A DNA stretch of 64,000 nucleotides from the NCBI GenBank assembly GCA_937892945.1, contig CALBIL010000039.1, positions 89,125-153,124 of the forward strand. The letters run 5' to 3'. A model generated the notes under the pieces. The model was given only the letters and a program-made list of their open reading frames with translations, was not told the DNA's origin and made no database searches. This document shows, one piece after another, positions 20,061 to 29,730 of this stretch. Made by a program: the position numbers and the translations under genes. This DNA comes from an uncultured euryarchaeote (GTDB lineage: Archaea > Thermoplasmatota > Poseidoniia > Poseidoniales > Poseidoniaceae). The stretch's first letter is position 1. Every line of letters starts with the position of its first letter.

Positions 20061-21827
20061 TTAGATCTTTCTACGTAGCCGCTCCATTGAAGCATCTGCT
20101 TCCGATAAGTGATTGAGACAATCTTCAACACGTCCACCGGACAATGATTCACCCGCAAGAGCAATGGCTTGTTCGCATGCACGACGGTTTTCATCTTCAA
20201 GAGTAATTCCATTTGTGTCACATTGATTGCGAAGAGTTTTCCACTCTTCTGTTACAAAGTCATACAACTCAAGTGCTTCATCACTCGCTTGCCCTTCATT
20301 GTCAAGGTCGGTCGTTATGGCATCGAGTAAAGAATTTGCTTGCGTCCATTGTTTGAGATCCGCAGCATCCTCCATAGAAGCAAGACGTTCATCCCAATCT
20401 TTTTTGTCATCTCGATCTTTGTATTGGGCTACTAATTTTTTACGCTGTTTAAGAGCGCGCCGAACATTGTCCATGGCTTCACGTTCTGCTTCAATAGAGC
20501 GAACTACTCCATCAGCTAATCCAATTGCTTGACTTGGACTACCCGCTTCAATGGCTTGTTCAGCACGTTCTAATCGCAACAGCATCTCGGTGGTGTCAAG
20601 GCCATCGGTTTGTTGCAATTGGTGTTGAGCTTCTTCGACTGCTGTAATGGCTCGTTCCTGTGCATCTCCATCTGCCAATAATTGAGGGGGTATCACGCAT
20701 GCAAATTCATAGGCTTCTTGTGGTTCTTCAACCGCAAGTTTCTTTTTTGCGTCATTGAGTAATTCTTTCAAGTGTTGAACACTTTCAGCATCATTGCCGC
20801 CAAGCAATCGACTTGCCTCAGTAATGGCTTCTTCTGCCATTGCCCACCATTCGATGATTTCAAGAGCTAATTTCTTTGATTGGCGAAACAATATCTCTCC
20901 TTCACGTAATGAGCCAAGTTTTACTTCACGTAGGCCAATTTCAAAAGATTTCCGAGGGCGTTTTGCTGAAGGTGCAATTGCTTCAGCCTTTTCTATCGCT
21001 TGGATGGCATCTGCTTGAATTATTTCAACGTCTCCGGTGAGTGAAAGAGTACGTTCAATATCATCTTCGGCCTCATCAAGAAGTTTCATGCCGTAATCTG
21101 GATTAATATGTCCTTCTTCTTTTGCCGTCATGACTAGACTCGAAGCCTGATCGACCGCTGCACCTTGTGCTTTTAATTCTAATAAATGCGTTTCAACTGC
21201 ATCAAGTCGTTTAGCGAATTCTTTCCGTTCGACCCGCTGGTCATCTCCAACGAACCAAATGTATGCAGTTGCGATGCTGCCGATACTGAGTGAACTGAGT
21301 GATGCCAGCCATTCATAGGAATTTGTTTCAGGGACTTCACCGATAAAAAGAGAAAAGCCAGCAACAACTCCTAGTCCAGTCATAATAGCTCGCCATCGCA
21401 TGACATCAAGCCCACCTCGTAAGATTGAACTCGAGGTTTGAAAGCAAGTATAGGCTACAAGAACGATACACCCTGAACCAATAAGAGAAGCTAAATCTTC
21501 AAGACTGAAATGCTTTGAAGCAAGAATCAAGAGTACAGGCCAAGCAATAGAAGCAAATGACCCGATTCTCGTTCTCGCTTTCGCATCATCCAAGACTGAA
21601 TCTTGAAGTACCAATCCATAGGCGATAATTAGGAGAGGGTAACCAAGACCCTCAAACAAACCAGAATCCCCCTTTATTGCAGATTGAAGGCTTGGCCACA
21701 TCAACCAAACTGCTCCGACCAAGATGAGTAATGCCGAACTGCTGGTTAAGCGATCAAGTCGTTGCTGTCTTGACTTTCGTGCAGTAATAATTGCCGCATC
21801 AACATCTGCCCAAGCATCGAGAGCCAT
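20061..21827 (-). CDS. Membrane-anchored coiled-coil/helical-repeat protein
   Basis: About 6 N-terminal TMs followed by ~390 aa of A/E/L-rich helical sequence. Start set at MALDAW. Confidence 0.7.
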   Translation of the reverse strand: MALDAWADVDAAIITARKSRQQRLDRLTSSSALLILVGAVWLMWPSLQSAIKGDSGLFEGLGYPLLIIAYGLVLQDSVLDDAKARTRIGSFASIAWPVLLILASKHFSLEDLASLIGSGCIVLVAYTCFQTSSSILRGGLDVMRWRAIMTGLGVVAGFSLFIGEVPETNSYEWLASLSSLSIGSIATAYIWFVGDDQRVERKEFAKRLDAVETHLLELKAQGAAVDQASSLVMTAKEEGHINPDYGMKLLDEAEDDIERTLSLTGDVEIIQADAIQAIEKAEAIAPSAKRPRKSFEIGLREVKLGSLREGEILFRQSKKLALEIIEWWAMAEEAITEASRLLGGNDAESVQHLKELLNDAKKKLAVEEPQEAYEFACVIPPQLLADGDAQERAITAVEEAQHQLQQTDGLDTTEMLLRLERAEQAIEAGSPSQAIGLADGVVRSIEAEREAMDNVRRALKQRKKLVAQYKDRDDKKDWDERLASMEDAADLKQWTQANSLLDAITTDLDNEGQASDEALELYDFVTEEWKTLRNQCDTNGITLEDENRRACEQAIALAGESLSGGRVEDCLNHLSEADASMERLRRKI

Positions 21828-21983
21828 AGTGCATCTTGATGACATCTTGATGATAACCACTCCGCTTTTCAGTTTGGCTACCCCCCTATTCGAGTAGACC
21901 TGTTTTGAAACGGCAGAATCAATCATTTTGATGGTAATGTTCATGGGTGTCTTCGCCCGCCTCAAGATGAGGGAAGAGAGCAT

Positions 21984-22928
21984 ATGACTGGACTCATTAC
22001 CATGGACGACTTAACAAACGAACAAATTCTCAGTATTTTAGAGGATGCAGAACGCCTTCTGCCCGTGGCACGCGGTGAGATTTATCTCCCTCTTTTACAA
22101 GGAAGAATACTCGGGAATTTATTTTTCGAACCAAGCACACGGACTCGTATGTCGTTCGAAACCGCAATGAAAAGACTCGGCGGCGATGTCGTCAACCTTG
22201 GTGACGTCAAAACATCTTCAGTCGTCAAAGGAGAAACTCTCTTCGATACGATTCAAATGGTCGATGGTTATACAGATATTATCGCAATGCGACACCCGCG
22301 TCAAGGGGCAGCACAATACGCACAAGATGCAGCACGAGTTCCGATTCTCAACGGCGGAGACGGCGCAGGGCACCACCCCACTCAAACGATGCTTGACCTG
22401 TTTACAATCAAACAAGCGCACGGTCGTTTAGAGGGGTTGAAGGTCGTCCTTGCTGGTGATTTACGCTATGGGCGAACAGTCCATTCACTTTCTCATGCGT
22501 TGACTCGGTTTGGTTGCGAATTAATTTTTGCAAGTCCAAGTTTGTTGAACATGCCCGAGGAAATCGTTTCAGATTTACGTTCACACGGGGCAAATGTTAT
22601 TGAAACTGAAGACCTATATGGTTCGATGGCAGACGCAGATGTCGTGTATATGACTCGAATTCAAAAAGAACGTTTTGCAGATGAAGACGAATATGCAAGA
22701 TGTGCTGGCGCCTACAAACTTCATGCTCGCCATTTGAGTGAAGTGAAGCAAGATATGATTGTCATGCATCCATTGCCGCGTGTTGATGAAATCGACCCTT
22801 CTGTCGATAAGACCCGTCATGCACGGTATTTCGAACAAGCATTCAACGGAGTCGTAGCCCGTATGGCCCTTTTATGTCGTCTACTCGGTGTTACTGTCCC
22901 GGCCAAAATTGAAGGAGGTGCTCTGTGA
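21984..22928 (+). CDS. pyrB: Aspartate carbamoyltransferase catalytic subunit
   Basis: FFEPSTRTR, HPTQ, GDLRYGRTVHSL and MHPLPR motifs. Confidence 0.97.
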   Translation: MTGLITMDDLTNEQILSILEDAERLLPVARGEIYLPLLQGRILGNLFFEPSTRTRMSFETAMKRLGGDVVNLGDVKTSSVVKGETLFDTIQMVDGYTDIIAMRHPRQGAAQYAQDAARVPILNGGDGAGHHPTQTMLDLFTIKQAHGRLEGLKVVLAGDLRYGRTVHSLSHALTRFGCELIFASPSLLNMPEEIVSDLRSHGANVIETEDLYGSMADADVVYMTRIQKERFADEDEYARCAGAYKLHARHLSEVKQDMIVMHPLPRVDEIDPSVDKTRHARYFEQAFNGVVARMALLCRLLGVTVPAKIEGGAL

Positions 22929-23404
22929 TGTCCAATGAACACAGTATGCGTAGAGTGACAGCTATCCGTAATGGTACTGTGATTGACCATATCCCCTCTG
23001 GCCAAGCAATGCTTGTCTTGGAAATGCTTGGAATTGCTGGCGCAACTGCAGTGCCAGTTTCCCTTGTCATGAATGTTCCATCGAAAAAGATGGGATCGAA
23101 AGATATCATCAAAGTTGAGGACCGTGAATTGACACAATCTGAACTTGACCGATTGGCATTGGTAGCACCTGATGCTCGTGTTGCAATTATCCGTGCTTAT
23201 TCCGTTGCAGAAAAACTCTCAATCAATTTAGGTGAGGAACTGGTTAATGTTGTTCGATGTACTTTTTCAAATTGCATTACCACGAATCTACGTGAACCCC
23301 TCGCACATCGCCTGAAAGTCGTTCAAAGAGATCCGCTACAATTACGTTGCCATTACTGTGGCCGGCCTCAAGACTTAAGCGAATTAGCGAATAATGTTCT
23401 GTGA
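22925..23404 (+). CDS. pyrI: Aspartate carbamoyltransferase regulatory subunit
   Basis: IRNGTVIDHI and KDIIKVE motifs; C-terminal Zn ligands CxxxxC...CxxC; overlaps the pyrB stop. Confidence 0.95.
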   Translation: MMSNEHSMRRVTAIRNGTVIDHIPSGQAMLVLEMLGIAGATAVPVSLVMNVPSKKMGSKDIIKVEDRELTQSELDRLALVAPDARVAIIRAYSVAEKLSINLGEELVNVVRCTFSNCITTNLREPLAHRLKVVQRDPLQLRCHYCGRPQDLSELANNVL

Positions 23405-24412
23405 TTCGTCATTCATCAATGCTCGCATATCGCACGCCTTGCATTGTCTGCTCGAGGTAAGTTCTCCACACGACTCGCATGGCATTGGAGGGGAAGGTCG
23501 TGCTTCTTTTCCACCAAGTTCAATGACTTGGTCTCGTAGTCCTTTGATGTTATCTGCCATCCGTAACAATCCATGGCGAGTTCCTGCTACGTCTGCTTCC
23601 ATTTGAGCGACCATTTCTCGATGGCGCCAACGTAATGCACCCTTTGCGTGCGGGCATTCTTCATGATGAAGTGGTAACTCTCGATGTAAGGCATACAAGT
23701 GAACTTCTTGTTCGGGGATCCATCTCAAAGGGACAATTCGTGGTGCCAATCCATCAACGGGTGTCGTAGTATGTGGTGCAAGGCGTAGCGTACGTTCTAA
23801 ATCGCCGTTAGTCATGTTCATGAGGACTGTTTGGGCCATATCATCAAGATTATGTCCTAAAGCAACATAGTCCGCATTTACTCTTTTTGCCAAATGGTTG
23901 ATGCCTTGTCTACGAAAAACGCCACAGTAAGAACATGGCATTCTTGGAGCATCTTTGTTTTCTTTAACAAGTCCAGGGATTCGGCTTGCGACCTCATCCA
24001 TTTCTTTGAAACTTAATTCCGGATAGGAGACCGTAATGAATTCAATGCCAAGGCGATCGCACAACTCTTGGGCGCAAATCAATGACGGTGGCCGGTAACC
24101 ATCAATGCCTTCATCGACTGTTCCGGCAATGATAGTGACATCAGGTCGTTTGCCGAGGCGGTCGACAAGGCTATCGAGCAAAACGGCAGAATCTTTCCCC
24201 CCCGAAATCGCTACAAAGATTGTAGTTTCTTTATCTCGTGGGAGTTTGAGTTGATGGCGTAATTCCTTTCCAACTTTTTTCCGAACTGATTTTGCCATGT
24301 GCTCTCCACACAAAATGCGTCCAGAGTAGGCCTGTTCGAGGATTGCTGGTTTTGAGCAACTATCGCAGGTTGGAACGGAAAATACCGGTTCAACACTGTG
24401 CGCCATAGACAC
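23384..24412 (-). CDS. tRNA 2-thiolation protein, NcsA/TtuA/Ctu1 family (TIGR00269-like)
   Basis: N-terminal CxxC..C..H, PP-loop SGGKDS, CSYCGVFRR, GHNLDD, and C-terminal CxxC..CxxC. Confidence 0.9.
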   Translation of the reverse strand: MSMAHSVEPVFSVPTCDSCSKPAILEQAYSGRILCGEHMAKSVRKKVGKELRHQLKLPRDKETTIFVAISGGKDSAVLLDSLVDRLGKRPDVTIIAGTVDEGIDGYRPPSLICAQELCDRLGIEFITVSYPELSFKEMDEVASRIPGLVKENKDAPRMPCSYCGVFRRQGINHLAKRVNADYVALGHNLDDMAQTVLMNMTNGDLERTLRLAPHTTTPVDGLAPRIVPLRWIPEQEVHLYALHRELPLHHEECPHAKGALRWRHREMVAQMEADVAGTRHGLLRMADNIKGLRDQVIELGGKEARPSPPMPCESCGELTSSRQCKACDMRALMNDESQNIIR

Positions 24413-24538
24413 TTGCGGGCACCACTATCGTTTGAGTTCACCGCTTGATTCACGATTCTACACATGCATAAATTCCAATGAGGGGATAATTTATCAATTG
24501 GTTTTTTGATTTTCCAATTGAAATATTCGAGATGCCTT

Positions 24539-24568
24539 CGGTAAAATGGCGGTGAAATGGCGGTAAAT
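24539..24568. repeat. 11-bp-period tandem repeat in divergent promoter
   Basis: CGGTAAAATGG CGGTGAAATGG CGGTAAAT. Confidence 0.6.
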
Positions 24569-24732
24569 ACGAGGCATTTCAAAGCGCGGAAAACTGCTCA
24601 AATGTATCTCTCCGCGTAGCCTGTTTCGAATCTCCAGTTGGGAAATCATTTTGGGTCTTCAAATCCCCCTTTAGGGGGATAAAAGCGCAAAACTACTTGA
24701 AGGCTACAGCGCAGACGAGAAGTTTGAGAACC

Positions 24733-25074
24733 ATGCTGCAACGAGTACTTGCCGGATTATGCCGCCTTGAAGGTGTCAATCAAGCAATGCTTATCGACGA
24801 CTCTGGCCAATTATTGGCAAGTGTCGGTGAAGAAGGAGTCATGCCACCGTTTGAAGATGCAGTGGAAATGATTCATGTTGCTCAAGAAACCGGCGATGCC
24901 CTAGGCCTCGGTCAAGTCTACGAAGTGTGGTGCGAAAGCAAGAAACGAATGATAATCGATGTGGCAGCGCCAAATCGAATTGTCGTATTGAGTGGCGATG
25001 GAGGGCGATTAGCCCGATGGCGTCATGCTCTTGACCGCGACCGTCGAATTCTTGCGACAACCCCCAGAATGTGA
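24733..25074 (+). CDS. Roadblock/LC7 (MglB-like) domain protein
   Basis: About 113 aa; LxxL..LEGVNQAMLIDDSGQLLAS is the typical Roadblock N-terminal helix-beta-hairpin pattern. Confidence 0.65.
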   Translation: MLQRVLAGLCRLEGVNQAMLIDDSGQLLASVGEEGVMPPFEDAVEMIHVAQETGDALGLGQVYEVWCESKKRMIIDVAAPNRIVVLSGDGGRLARWRHALDRDRRILATTPRM

Positions 25075-28000
25075 GTGATCCCATGTTTAACCTACCAGAC
25101 GGAAACCCAATCGAAGAAAAAATAAAGCTCGGCGACGGTATAATTCAGCCGTTTGACAATGGCGTGATTAGCACGTGGATTGGCCGACGAAAAACACCTG
25201 CTGGCCATCGCCTTGTTCGTGCTGGTCGAATCATCGGTTGGCTTTCCGAATCGGAAAAAGGTAAGGTTTTACTGGGCGGAAAAGAGGCCAGGCAAAGACT
25301 TGAAGAAATCGAATCTCAAGATTCGTTTAAATTTACTGCAGGTTCCTATTCACTTACTGGACTTGGAAGTGTTGCTGAAGTCGTTCCTGAGGCTTTTGAA
25401 TTCGCAGCAGACCGCCAAGGGTTATTGCCTCGTGGTGACGCTCTTCAACGCTTGATGAGCCGCGACCTTTCTGCAGTATTACGTGTACTCATTGAACAAG
25501 ACACAGTTCGCGGCGGTATCGTCGTGGACCAGGGGATGTTGATTGATTCGGTTGGAGAGTTACCGGCCGACCCAGAGAGTCTTTCTGCTCAAATCCATTC
25601 AACCCTTTCCGATATGCGGATGGAAGGTTTGAATGGTGGTCTCGGACTTAATGGTTCAAGTCATTGGACTCTTCATACGAATGACGGGGCTCTTCTTCTC
25701 GCAGAATCGGGTGATATCTCGATTGGAGTATGGACTGAATCCAATACCAATCACGCACGACTTATCTCATCTGCATCTGGTCTTCTTGATGGAGAAATAG
25801 GTGCAGTTGGTGTTCGAGGCGCCCCTCTTGCAGAAGGCTTTGTGTTGAGAGAAGGACGAGGTGGCCCCGATGCAATTCTTTCGATGCTTACAGCTGCTGT
25901 AAAAGAAGAAGTTACTGGGTATTTACAAGCGGGTCAATCAGCGCAGGCAGTATCCGTTCTCTTGTCAAGAGGTATTCCAGTTGGAATCTCTGCACCTGAA
26001 GGAGATTCTTTAGAAGATGCAATGCTTAAATTCACTGATTCGAAATGGATCTTGAAACTTCACCGTCTACCCGTGGGAAGTATTGTTTCTCGCGACTCAG
26101 GGACCATTGACACATTCAGCCTCGATATGTTCCATGAATTATTGGTCGTGCTTCGAACCCGCTCCGAAAGCAGAAGGGCGAACCTCAAACTGAAACTAAA
26201 TGATTTGTTTGGTTTTGAAATCGGCATGGATGTGCTCCGAACCAGTAGAGCTTCAGTTAAATTTGTTGAAACGATTGAAGAAGTGAGTGATGGTCTTGGC
26301 GGGGAGGCTGCACAACCTATAGCCGTTGATTCAGGTCTTCGTAGACGGTTAGAAGCTGCCGACCATCGTATTGATGAATTGGAGAAAGAGAAAGCAGTAC
26401 TCTCTGGCCGCCTTGACGAATCTCATTCTGCAAAGAATGCAGCACAAATCCTTGCGAGAGAGGCGAGTGAGTCTCGAATGGAATCCATCACGAAAATCGA
26501 AAAGAACAATTCATCTCTCGATAAGATGCAACTGGACCTCTCGGAATCACGTGCAACGAGCGAACAAGCAGAAAACCGTGCTGAACGACTCGTAAAGCGA
26601 GTCAATGAACTCGAGCACCAAGTAAGCGTTCGAGCTTCGGAACTTGCCAAAGCACTCGGAGATGCAACCTCGAGTGAAGCTTTACGTTCCGCCATCGAAG
26701 AATTGGCCTTGAAAGAATCACAGTTAAATGCAGACTTAGCGGCAGGAAGTGATCGATTATCGACCATACGCCAACAAGCAGATGACGATGAACGTCGTTT
26801 GCGTGTTCTCCAAGAACAGGTTGAAGCAACCCGTGAACGGCATACTCGAGCTCAAGCCGAATCAATGCTGATGGAAGAAAAAATCCATTCCCATACATCC
26901 GAATTAGAATCAATTGATGCTGAAGCAAAGGCCTCGCGCCGACGTTCAGAAGAAGACCGTACCCGACTTGCTACTGATGAGGCACGTCAGGCACAAGTTC
27001 AGGCTGAACTTCGTGAATTAATGACTGAACGACGACAAACGTTGCGTGAACTCGGTGATTTGGGCGCACGACGTGGTCATGCCGAGGCAGAATTAGTTTC
27101 ACTTGTTGAACGGGCTGAAGCCCTTTCACAAGCTCATGAAGAAGCATTATCGGATATTCAAGAAGCGGAACGTCTGCGTGCTCGTTTAGCTGAAGAACCT
27201 CTGGCTCAAGCCTTGCTTGATGATGCCTCGACCTTTGAGGGCCTCGGCCCAGTCCTTGAACGACTCGAAAATGCACGAGTACTTGGTTACTCAGTCACTC
27301 TTCTCGACCGTGCCGTTGAACGTGGATTGCAAGTGATTCAAACTACAGTAGACCATGTGGCTGCAACCCCTCGGCATCTTCTTTCAAGTGAAGTCATGAC
27401 TTTACTCGAGCGTCAAGTTCCTCAAACTGCAGGTGCAGTTCGTGGTCTTGCTCGATGGTCTGTTCAACAAAGGCTTGAGCATCAACTTGGTGAAACAGTA
27501 GGCAATGTCGTTATTGATTTGGAGCATCTGTTGGAAGATTTCGATCGTTCAATTACAATGCTTCGGCGTCTTCGTAATGTCCTTGAACAACTTGTTCGAC
27601 TGGGTGCACCTCCTGAAGAAGTCGAAGCATTGCTCAATAATTGTTCACGTCCAGAAGCACTCCCAAGTATCGCACAAGCTACTCGAAAGTTGATTCAAGT
27701 TGCACTTGATGATATTTATCTTGAAGCTGACCAACGTGATGCTGGTGAGGCAATCGCCCTTGAAGAAACCGCCCGTGTTCTGGAAGAATTGATTACGCAA
27801 CTCGATGCATCAGGCTTGGCAGATGGAGTCCCACGAGGAATGCTTTGGGAATTCCAAAGAGATGGATTGTTACCTTATGAGCGAAACTCCGTACCAGATG
27901 CTCAACGTACACCGGTTGAAGAAGAGATGCTCACCGATATGGAGTCGAGCCTTGCGGGACCAGTTCCAGTGTCATTAGATGCAGTGAAGGAAGAATCAAC

Positions 28001-28259
28001 AATTGATGATGCCGGATGGGAAAGTATGCCAGTTCCGGTTGATGAAGGAGTTGACAATGAAACCATGACTTCCTCTGACGACCTTACCTCGAACATGGCA
28101 ACATCGTCGGTTGACCAAAGTGATGAACGTGCACATCTGGAAGCGGAATTAGCGCGTTTAGATGCATCTTGGAATCATCGGCAAGAACCTGCAGTAGAAC
28201 AAGCAGTTGATCCTGCTTTAGCAGCCCTTGAAGCCCGATTATCAGGCCTTGATTTCTGA
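25071..28259 (+). CDS. Large protein: DUF2226/PATAN-like domains + Roadblock-like domain + long coiled coil
   Basis: Internal VRGGIVVDQGMLIDS Roadblock-like segment; two ..TGY/G.I.G-type domains; ~300 aa E/R/A/L heptad region; acidic tail. GTGA overlap with the upstream gene (alternative ATG at 25083). Confidence 0.7.
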   Translation: MSDPMFNLPDGNPIEEKIKLGDGIIQPFDNGVISTWIGRRKTPAGHRLVRAGRIIGWLSESEKGKVLLGGKEARQRLEEIESQDSFKFTAGSYSLTGLGSVAEVVPEAFEFAADRQGLLPRGDALQRLMSRDLSAVLRVLIEQDTVRGGIVVDQGMLIDSVGELPADPESLSAQIHSTLSDMRMEGLNGGLGLNGSSHWTLHTNDGALLLAESGDISIGVWTESNTNHARLISSASGLLDGEIGAVGVRGAPLAEGFVLREGRGGPDAILSMLTAAVKEEVTGYLQAGQSAQAVSVLLSRGIPVGISAPEGDSLEDAMLKFTDSKWILKLHRLPVGSIVSRDSGTIDTFSLDMFHELLVVLRTRSESRRANLKLKLNDLFGFEIGMDVLRTSRASVKFVETIEEVSDGLGGEAAQPIAVDSGLRRRLEAADHRIDELEKEKAVLSGRLDESHSAKNAAQILAREASESRMESITKIEKNNSSLDKMQLDLSESRATSEQAENRAERLVKRVNELEHQVSVRASELAKALGDATSSEALRSAIEELALKESQLNADLAAGSDRLSTIRQQADDDERRLRVLQEQVEATRERHTRAQAESMLMEEKIHSHTSELESIDAEAKASRRRSEEDRTRLATDEARQAQVQAELRELMTERRQTLRELGDLGARRGHAEAELVSLVERAEALSQAHEEALSDIQEAERLRARLAEEPLAQALLDDASTFEGLGPVLERLENARVLGYSVTLLDRAVERGLQVIQTTVDHVAATPRHLLSSEVMTLLERQVPQTAGAVRGLARWSVQQRLEHQLGETVGNVVIDLEHLLEDFDRSITMLRRLRNVLEQLVRLGAPPEEVEALLNNCSRPEALPSIAQATRKLIQVALDDIYLEADQRDAGEAIALEETARVLEELITQLDASGLADGVPRGMLWEFQRDGLLPYERNSVPDAQRTPVEEEMLTDMESSLAGPVPVSLDAVKEESTIDDAGWESMPVPVDEGVDNETMTSSDDLTSNMATSSVDQSDERAHLEAELARLDASWNHRQEPAVEQAVDPALAALEARLSGLDF

Positions 28260-28268
28260 GGTGGACCC

Positions 28269-28514
28269 ATGTCATCTGAAACAAATACTCTTCTTTTACG
28301 AGAAGAAACGCCTGGAAAGCGATATCCACTTTTTGTAGAACGCCTTCTTTTGGTTTTGGTTGTGATTGGTTCAATCGTTCTTCACTCAAAAGTTCTCGAA
28401 ACGATTGATGGAGTATTCGGTACATTCGTTGCCTGGTGTGGATTGCCAATGTTTCTGCTACTCTGTGCAGAATTATTCGGACGCATGGTCCAAATCCTCC
28501 AGTCGGATTCGTAA
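28269..28514 (+). CDS. Small two-TM membrane protein
   Basis: GAGGTGG SD, two hydrophobic helices, 9 bp after the coiled-coil gene. Confidence 0.7.
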   Translation: MSSETNTLLLREETPGKRYPLFVERLLLVLVVIGSIVLHSKVLETIDGVFGTFVAWCGLPMFLLLCAELFGRMVQILQSDS

Positions 28515-29729
28515 CTAAATCTCAACGATTTCTTTACTTGGTGAACCGCCATCTTGTGCCCTTCGAGCATAAATCAATCCCCATATCCGTTCCCATGGGA
28601 CGAAGAATCTCAGTAATGCCATGATGCTCAAGAACATCGCTGCAGAAATAACCAATCCGTACGTGAGTGATAATTCAATGGATTCAGAAATTTGACCTGC
28701 CCATTGACTGCCCGTTGAATCTTTGACAATGTCTAAAAGAACACTATGGAACCCGAGGGCCACCATTGTTGCAATTCCAGTTAATCCAAGGAAACCAAAA
28801 GTGTGTTTGAGGTGAGTATTGAGAACATTATCCATCTGTCGAACATATTCAGGGTCTCGCTTACATGATTCTGGAAGACGATATGCATATTCCAAATAAC
28901 GGATTACACCGTATGATGACTCTTGGAACACCATGATGAGAATTGCAATCATGATGAGAGCGAATTGCTCTTTCGTCACCAACATCAAACCAAGTATGCC
29001 AACAGTAGGTTCACTAAATTGTGCTCCAATGACACTGACTGAATCACCATAGTCTCCGAGTTGACCATTGATTAGTGGGAATGCAAGTATGGCGTGGATG
29101 CCAAGGAACAAAAGTGTGAACCCAATAGCCCAAGCAATTGAACGGCGAGAAAGGCCCCATATTCCTCGAACACCCATGATGACAGGTAAAAGGTAAAGGA
29201 AGAGAATCATCAACGACAAAATCATCAGCAGAGGCCATTCTAAAGTGCTAAGTTCACTTGAGTTCGGTAAACGCAAATCGAAACTAAACAACATCCCAGT
29301 GATCCACGAAAGCAAAAGTTGACCGACTAATGCGACAATTAACGTGATGATGAAACCTAACTTCACGCGTTGTTGAACTACGGGTGTTTGGAAAGCAAGC
29401 AGAGCCATTCCTCCACCAAGAATTGATCCAAGAACCAAAGGAACGAAGAAACGAGCTAAACCAGTTCGTCCTTCACCAGTGAGCCAATCTCCGATTGGTA
29501 ATTGATCTCCGATGAGTACTTCAATTGTATCGAAAAGCATTGTGTGGTCAATTGACCCGACAACATACGTGGATACAACTTCAAGGTACATTCCAATCAA
29601 TGCTACAGTTGCAATAACCTGTAAAGTAATAATTTGCCATTGCTTTCGAAGCATCTTCAGATGCAATGTACGAGGGTGAATCGCCCCAGTAAGTGTCACA
29701 TCACCTTGCAGTCCCACATCTTCAGCCAT
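28515..29729 (-). CDS. Multi-TM membrane protein
   Basis: About 8 hydrophobic segments; last gene of the DUF58 operon. Confidence 0.75.
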   Translation of the reverse strand: MAEDVGLQGDVTLTGAIHPRTLHLKMLRKQWQIITLQVIATVALIGMYLEVVSTYVVGSIDHTMLFDTIEVLIGDQLPIGDWLTGEGRTGLARFFVPLVLGSILGGGMALLAFQTPVVQQRVKLGFIITLIVALVGQLLLSWITGMLFSFDLRLPNSSELSTLEWPLLMILSLMILFLYLLPVIMGVRGIWGLSRRSIAWAIGFTLLFLGIHAILAFPLINGQLGDYGDSVSVIGAQFSEPTVGILGLMLVTKEQFALIMIAILIMVFQESSYGVIRYLEYAYRLPESCKRDPEYVRQMDNVLNTHLKHTFGFLGLTGIATMVALGFHSVLLDIVKDSTGSQWAGQISESIELSLTYGLVISAAMFLSIMALLRFFVPWERIWGLIYARRAQDGGSPSKEIVEI

Positions 29730-29730
29730 T

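Noticed and set aside
25071-28259. SMC/Rad50 annotation for the coiled-coil protein
   Set aside because: No Walker A/B, signature motif, hinge or zinc hook.
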